Shown here: piece by piece, positions 59,666 to 64,000 of the stretch
Layout: each line of letters opens with the position of its first letter
Numbering within the stretch: position 1 is the stretch's first letter
Assembly (NCBI GenBank): GCA_001508335.1
Contig: LGFX01000003.1
Location: 75,500-139,499, forward strand
DNA: 64,000 bases
Direction of reading: 5' to 3'
Source of the DNA: a candidate division TA06 bacterium 32_111
GTDB taxonomy: Bacteria > Hydrothermota > 32-111
The notes under the pieces: generated by a model
Database searches by the model: none
What the model was told of the DNA's origin: nothing
The model's input: the letters and a program-made list of their open reading frames with translations, nothing else
Program-made: the position numbers and the translations under genes

Positions 59666-60130
59666 ATGAAGAAAATATTTTTTGCAATTTTGATAACCCT
59701 TTTGATAATTTCCTGTACACCAACAGATAATGCTAAAGATATAGGAAAAAGGGAGATGAAAGAAGAGGTTAATCCAAAAAGTTCATTCACTCCCCCTGCT
59801 GATGGAAAAATAACTGAAGAGCAGATTGGAAAATATATAAATGTAGCTAAAGAGTTGACAACCGAAATTGAGAATATGAGTAAAAAAGTTGAAGAATTCA
59901 AGAAGAAATATAACCTTACAGAAGATGATATGGAAAATCTTGACAAAAAAGATGAAAAGATAAGAAAAGAGTTTGAAAGTATAAAAAGTAATTGGGAAAA
60001 TATAGAACAAAGTATATACAAAAAATACAACATTTCACAAGATGAATTCGAATGGATTGCAGCAGCACTTACAGATTCTGTTAATAGCGAAATACAAAAA
60101 AGAGTTGAAAAGGAACTTTCGGTAAAATAG
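59666..60130 (+). CDS. Small lipoprotein, hypothetical
   Basis: AAAGGAGGAAGG-ATG; lipobox LLIISCTP; 154 aa. Confidence 0.5.
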   Translation: MKKIFFAILITLLIISCTPTDNAKDIGKREMKEEVNPKSSFTPPADGKITEEQIGKYINVAKELTTEIENMSKKVEEFKKKYNLTEDDMENLDKKDEKIRKEFESIKSNWENIEQSIYKKYNISQDEFEWIAAALTDSVNSEIQKRVEKELSVK

Positions 60131-60320
60131 TTTTAATAAAAGTAAAAGATTGTTGTTTGCTGTAAAATTTTTTGATTTTTTAAAAATTCTTTAGGGAATA
60201 TTGATGAGGGAAAGATTTGATGGAAGGTAGAATTGAAAACAAACTTTCCATAAACTTTTATATTTTATTTGAATTGGTTTTAAAAAGATTTTTTGCTTTT
60301 TCTAAAATCTTTTTTACTTT

Positions 60321-60351
60321 TAAAAATGTCACACTGTCAAGCACCGTCCCC
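60321..60351 (-). repeat. 31-bp GC-rich element, copy B (reverse complement of 36681-36711)
   Basis: TAAAAATGTCACACTGTCAAGCACCGTCCCC is the exact reverse complement of GGGGACGGTGCTTGACAGTGTGACATTTTTA. Confidence 0.9.
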
Positions 60352-60361
60352 CAAAAAAATA

Positions 60362-60390
60362 TTGATTTAAGGGAAAATTTTGGTAATATC
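60362..60390 (+). promoter_or_regulatory. Candidate promoter of the PLD-SNF2 gene (TTGATT-16/17-TAATAT)
   Basis: aTTGATTtaagggaaaattttggTAATATc, 20 nt upstream of GGAGGAG-N3-GTG; lies immediately downstream of repeat copy B. Confidence 0.4.
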
Positions 60391-60410
60391 TTTTTTATTA
60401 GGAGGAGAAA

Positions 60411-63400
60411 GTGCCGCAACATTCTTTTATAACCAATGAGGAAACTTTACTATCGGATATCATAAATGATATTTTGCCTACAACGGATGAACTCTATTTT
60501 CTTGTAGGTTATTTTTATTTTTCCGGATATAAAGAGTTGTATGAAAATATTAAGCATAAAACTCTAAAGATTCTTATTGGTATGGATATTGAACCATCTT
60601 TGTATAATGGTTTGAAGGAAGTTTATATTGCTTCATCTATTCAAGATATGGGTGATGAAGATATTAGAGAAAAAGTTTATCAAAACTATGTAGAAATGAT
60701 AAGCAATATAGAAGAGTTTGATAGTAGTGAATTTAAAAAATCTTTTTATCATTTTTTGGATATGGTGAAGAAAGGTTTAATAGAAATAAGAAAGACAAGA
60801 ATTCCAAACCATGCAAAGATGTATATTTTTAGAAAATCAAAAGAACATAATGAAAATGGGAATTACCCTGGAGTTGTAATAACAGGATCAAGTAATTTAA
60901 GTATTTCTGGTTTATCAAACAGAAACGAAATCAATGTTATACTGAGAGATAAACAGGATTATGAAAATGCAAAAAAAATTTTTGATTCTTTGTGGGAAAA
61001 CTCAGTTGAAATTTTGGATAAGAATAACTTAGATATTTTTCATAAAAAAGTTCTATCCAATGTCTGGTTTGAATCACCTCTGAAACCTTTTTTGCTTTAT
61101 TTGAGGGTTTTAAAGGAATATTTTGAAGTTGAAAAACCTGAAGGGTTAAAATATCCTCACGAAATAACAGAAGGTGGATATATTAATTTAGAGTATCAAA
61201 AAGACGCTATAAATAAAGCGATATCAACAATAAAAAAACACAACGGAGTAATAATTGCAGATGTTGTTGGATTAGGTAAAAGTATTATAGCAGCTACCAT
61301 TGCAAACTATTTTCAACTTGAAACGGTTATTATAGCACCCCCGCACTTGATGGCTGAATGGGAAAAATACAGAAAAAAATTTGAAATTAGAGGAGATGTT
61401 TACTCGAGTGGGCTTTTAGACAAAGCCTATGAAGAATATAAAAAGGTAACTAAAGACATGCTTATAATAATAGATGAATCTCATAAATATAGGAATGAAG
61501 CCACTCAAACTTATGGTTATCTTCATAAGTTGTGTTCTGGAAGAAAAGTTATCCTTCTGACAGCAACTCCGTTCAACAATAGAGTAGAGGATATATTTTC
61601 GATGATAAAACTTTTTCAAATACCAGGAAAATCAACTATCCAAACTACTGAAACACTTGCTTTAACATTTAGAAATTTGATTAATGAAGAAAAGCAATTA
61701 ACGAAAAAAAGGAAGAATACTGAACAAATAAATTATGATGAAGAAATTAAGAAAATAGGTAAACAGATAAGAAATATTATTGAACCATTTATTATTAGAA
61801 GAACGAGGATAGACTTAGAAAAAATTCCAAGATATAAAGATGATTTAAAAAACCAAGGATTAAGTTTTTCAGAAGTTGAATCACCAAAACTGATTACTTA
61901 TGATCTTGAGGAATTAACTGAAATTTATGAATGGACGATAGAACAAATTTGTCCTCCTGATTTAAGACCTGAAGAGTATAAGTCAAAAAAGAAAGGACTC
62001 ATAGGTGCGAGGTATAAACCAGTTGATTATTTAAAAAACTATGAAAAATATAAAAAACAAGTTGAGGAAGAATTCGGAAGTTTTGAATTGTTTGCACAGG
62101 GTCAAAGAAATATAGCTTCTTTTATGAGAAGGATGCTTGTTTATAGGTTTGAAAGTTCTATCCCTTCTTTTTTAAAAAGTATTGATAATATGATTAATTC
62201 ATACAATAATATGTTAAAATGGGTTAACAAATTCAATCAAGTTCCAATATATAAAAAAGGATATATACCTGATCCTGATGAAGTTCTAAATGAAGAACTT
62301 GAAGAAAATATTGAAAATGAACTTTTTCCAGAGATTATTTCAAAAGATTTACTTGAAAAAAAGTCTATGGAAAATGTTATCAATGAATTAAAAAATAAAG
62401 GTATATGGTTCATAGATGGGAATGAAATCAGAAAAGAATTTATAGAAGAAATAGAGAGAGATATAAAATTACTTGAAAAGGTTAAAGATAGATGGGTTGA
62501 TGAAAATAAAAACAGTAAATATGAGGATAAAAAATTAAAAGTTATAAAAAAATACTTAGAAGAATTTTTAAAGGAACAACCAGAAAGAAAAATAGTAATA
62601 TTTAGTCAGTTTGCAGATACAGTAGATTATATATATGATGAACTCAAAGATAAATTTAGGATTATAAAATACAACTCATCTCTTAAACAGAAAACATTAA
62701 ATAAAATTTTAAAAAATTTTGATGCTGGTTTGGATGAATGTGAACAGGAAAATGATTATGATATTTTAATATCAACAGATGCAATATCTGAAGGATACAA
62801 CCTGCATAGAGCAGGCATACTTATCAACTATGACATTCCCTACAATCCAACAAAAGTTATTCAGAGATTTGGAAGAATAAATAGAATAAATAAAAAAGTC
62901 TTTGAAAAATTGTATATATACAATTGTTTTCCAACATACATTGGAGAAGAAGAAACAAAAATTAAAGCCATTTCAACCATGAAAATTTCCATTATTCAAG
63001 AACTGTTGGGTTCTGATACAAAAATATTAACAGACGATGAAAAAATACAATCCTTTTTTGTCGAGCAGTTCAAAAATCAGATGGATGAAGAATCAAAAGA
63101 ATCATGGGATACCTATTATTTAGCCTTTCTTGATAGAATAAAAAAAGAGTATCCAGCCATGATAGAAGAGGCGGATAAAATACCTTTAAAAACAAAGATA
63201 AAAAGGAAAAATAATAATAGAAAAGGAATAATTACTTTTGCGAAAAAAGGATATAATTATCTTTTTGTTTTTATTGATCAGAATGGGAATGTTGAATTGT
63301 TAGATGCTAAAAATGGAATAGAGATGTTTAAATGCGAATTAAAAGAGGAAGGTGAAAATGTCTCTGAGTCTTTTGATGAGAAATATAAAATTCTAAAAAA

Positions 63401-63719
63401 GTATATTTCTAATCAAAAAAAGAAGAGAATACTTGATAAAGGTGAACAAAAAACTTTTGAGATTGTTAGATTATTGGAAGAAAAAGTAAAAGATAGGAGC
63501 AACTATTTAAAACTTTTAAGAGAGACGATTGAAGAGTTGAATGGATTACCTGATTATTGTATGAGAGAAATAAATAAAATAGATCTTAATAATGATCTTT
63601 ATTTAGAAGTTGATAAATTAAAAACAAAAATTCCAGAAGATTATCTTAAGAATATAAAGAAAAGAGCTCAAACTATAGATGAGTCTAAAGAAACAATAAT
63701 TTTATCAGAGGAGTTTTAA
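60411..63719 (+). CDS. Single-chain PLD-family (HKD) nuclease + SNF2-family ATPase/helicase with ~270-aa uncharacterised C-terminal region; candidate restriction/defence enzyme
   Basis: GTG start. HKD motif NHAKMYIF...VVITGSSNLSISG. SNF2_N motifs I DVVGLGKS, II IIIDESHKYRN, III LLTATPFNNRVEDIFSMIKLF. Helicase_C motifs ILISTDAISEGYNLH...NYDIPYNPTKVIQRFGRINRI. Confidence 0.8.
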   Translation: MPQHSFITNEETLLSDIINDILPTTDELYFLVGYFYFSGYKELYENIKHKTLKILIGMDIEPSLYNGLKEVYIASSIQDMGDEDIREKVYQNYVEMISNIEEFDSSEFKKSFYHFLDMVKKGLIEIRKTRIPNHAKMYIFRKSKEHNENGNYPGVVITGSSNLSISGLSNRNEINVILRDKQDYENAKKIFDSLWENSVEILDKNNLDIFHKKVLSNVWFESPLKPFLLYLRVLKEYFEVEKPEGLKYPHEITEGGYINLEYQKDAINKAISTIKKHNGVIIADVVGLGKSIIAATIANYFQLETVIIAPPHLMAEWEKYRKKFEIRGDVYSSGLLDKAYEEYKKVTKDMLIIIDESHKYRNEATQTYGYLHKLCSGRKVILLTATPFNNRVEDIFSMIKLFQIPGKSTIQTTETLALTFRNLINEEKQLTKKRKNTEQINYDEEIKKIGKQIRNIIEPFIIRRTRIDLEKIPRYKDDLKNQGLSFSEVESPKLITYDLEELTEIYEWTIEQICPPDLRPEEYKSKKKGLIGARYKPVDYLKNYEKYKKQVEEEFGSFELFAQGQRNIASFMRRMLVYRFESSIPSFLKSIDNMINSYNNMLKWVNKFNQVPIYKKGYIPDPDEVLNEELEENIENELFPEIISKDLLEKKSMENVINELKNKGIWFIDGNEIRKEFIEEIERDIKLLEKVKDRWVDENKNSKYEDKKLKVIKKYLEEFLKEQPERKIVIFSQFADTVDYIYDELKDKFRIIKYNSSLKQKTLNKILKNFDAGLDECEQENDYDILISTDAISEGYNLHRAGILINYDIPYNPTKVIQRFGRINRINKKVFEKLYIYNCFPTYIGEEETKIKAISTMKISIIQELLGSDTKILTDDEKIQSFFVEQFKNQMDEESKESWDTYYLAFLDRIKKEYPAMIEEADKIPLKTKIKRKNNNRKGIITFAKKGYNYLFVFIDQNGNVELLDAKNGIEMFKCELKEEGENVSESFDEKYKILKKYISNQKKKRILDKGEQKTFEIVRLLEEKVKDRSNYLKLLRETIEELNGLPDYCMREINKIDLNNDLYLEVDKLKTKIPEDYLKNIKKRAQTIDESKETIILSEEF

Positions 63720-64000
63720 TGTTGAAAGACACAATTTTTCAAGAAAAATATGATAGAGAGAAATTTTCTTTGTTTTTGAAAGATTTTCTTATTAATTATA
63801 AACAGGAACCAGAAGAAATAGATTTAAAAGAAGGTTTTGACAAAATAAAAAAGTTAACTTTTTTAGGTTATGATAGCAGATTGGATAATCTTCCAGTTTA
63901 TGAAATTCTTCATCAGTCTGAAAAAGATCCAAGAGTCACATTAACAAGAGAGTCTTTTAAGGTTATGAGAAAACTTGGGCGTAAAAATTCTCTGTGTATA
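63719..64000 (+). CDS. Hypothetical protein, 5' part only (runs off window); translationally coupled to the PLD-SNF2 gene
   Basis: ATG overlaps the upstream stop (TAATG); MLKDTIFQEKYDREKFSLFLKDFLINYKQEPEEIDLKEG...; frame open to the window end. Confidence 0.5.
   Translation, partial: MLKDTIFQEKYDREKFSLFLKDFLINYKQEPEEIDLKEGFDKIKKLTFLGYDSRLDNLPVYEILHQSEKDPRVTLTRESFKVMRKLGRKNSLCI

Noticed and set aside
60217-60432. 71-aa ORF spanning the repeat copy B and the PLD-SNF2 promoter
   Set aside because: Low-complexity translation with no RBS; it is built from the repeat and promoter sequence and overlaps the real gene's start. Treated as spurious.
60411-63719. Calling the PLD-SNF2 gene a DISARM, BREX or Type III R-M component outright
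   Set aside because: Only one complete gene and a fragment of the next are visible. DISARM needs DrmA/DrmB (DUF1998), BREX needs PglZ/BrxC, and Type III needs a Mod methylase. None can be seen, so only a generic defence/restriction-like call is justified.

Overview
This 64-kb window is AT-rich (roughly 30-35% GC by eye) and looks like the replication-origin region of an anaerobic bacterium. The coding sequence is rich in Lys/Ile/Asn/Phe. I found no rRNA, tRNA, CRISPR array, transposase or integrase. On the + strand the window opens with the 3' part of mnmG. On the - strand it then carries a FmdB zinc-ribbon gene, groES-groEL, and a feoA-feoB-feoC-like block with a DtxR-family repressor. Next on the + strand come a secreted S8 subtilase with a C-terminal sorting domain resembling the type IX secretion system (T9SS) type, purE, tsaC, pmbA-tldD, and an outer-membrane beta-barrel/lipoprotein pair. 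On the - strand follow a large M28 peptidase with FN3 repeats and the same kind of C-terminal sorting domain, an ABC-2 exporter and uvrC. A cell-surface glycan locus (DegT aminotransferase, hexapeptide acetyltransferase, epimerase/dehydratase, Wzi-like secreted protein, WbaP-like and WecA-like priming transferases) and a nitroreductase come next. dnaA-oriC-dnaN sit at 30.3-33.0 kb with clear DnaA boxes in the dnaA-dnaN spacer. They are followed by a class A PBP, an OmpA/MotB-like protein, a ThiI-like PP-loop protein, rsmG, parA-parB, three tandem M42 (TET) aminopeptidases, an M23 peptidase and a bactofilin. A 7-gene minus-strand oxidative-stress operon (ogg2, Fur/PerR-like, flavin-reductase-rubredoxin fusion, flavodiiron protein, ferritin, desulfoferrodoxin, rubrerythrin) has a near-consensus Per box in front of it. 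A complete 9-gene V/A-type ATPase operon lies at 51.1-59.7 kb behind a textbook sigma70 promoter. The most unusual part is the 3' end (60.3-64.0 kb). A 31-bp GC-rich element is present in exact inverted copy at 36.68 kb and 60.32 kb. The second copy sits at the start of a visibly more AT-rich block. That block encodes a 1102-aa single-chain PLD(HKD)-nuclease/SNF2-ATPase protein, translationally coupled (TAATG) to a further gene truncated by the window edge. This is the best candidate for a defence or restriction-like system here, though only part of it is visible. Coordinates of non-CDS features were derived by hand-indexing and may be off by 1-2 nt.
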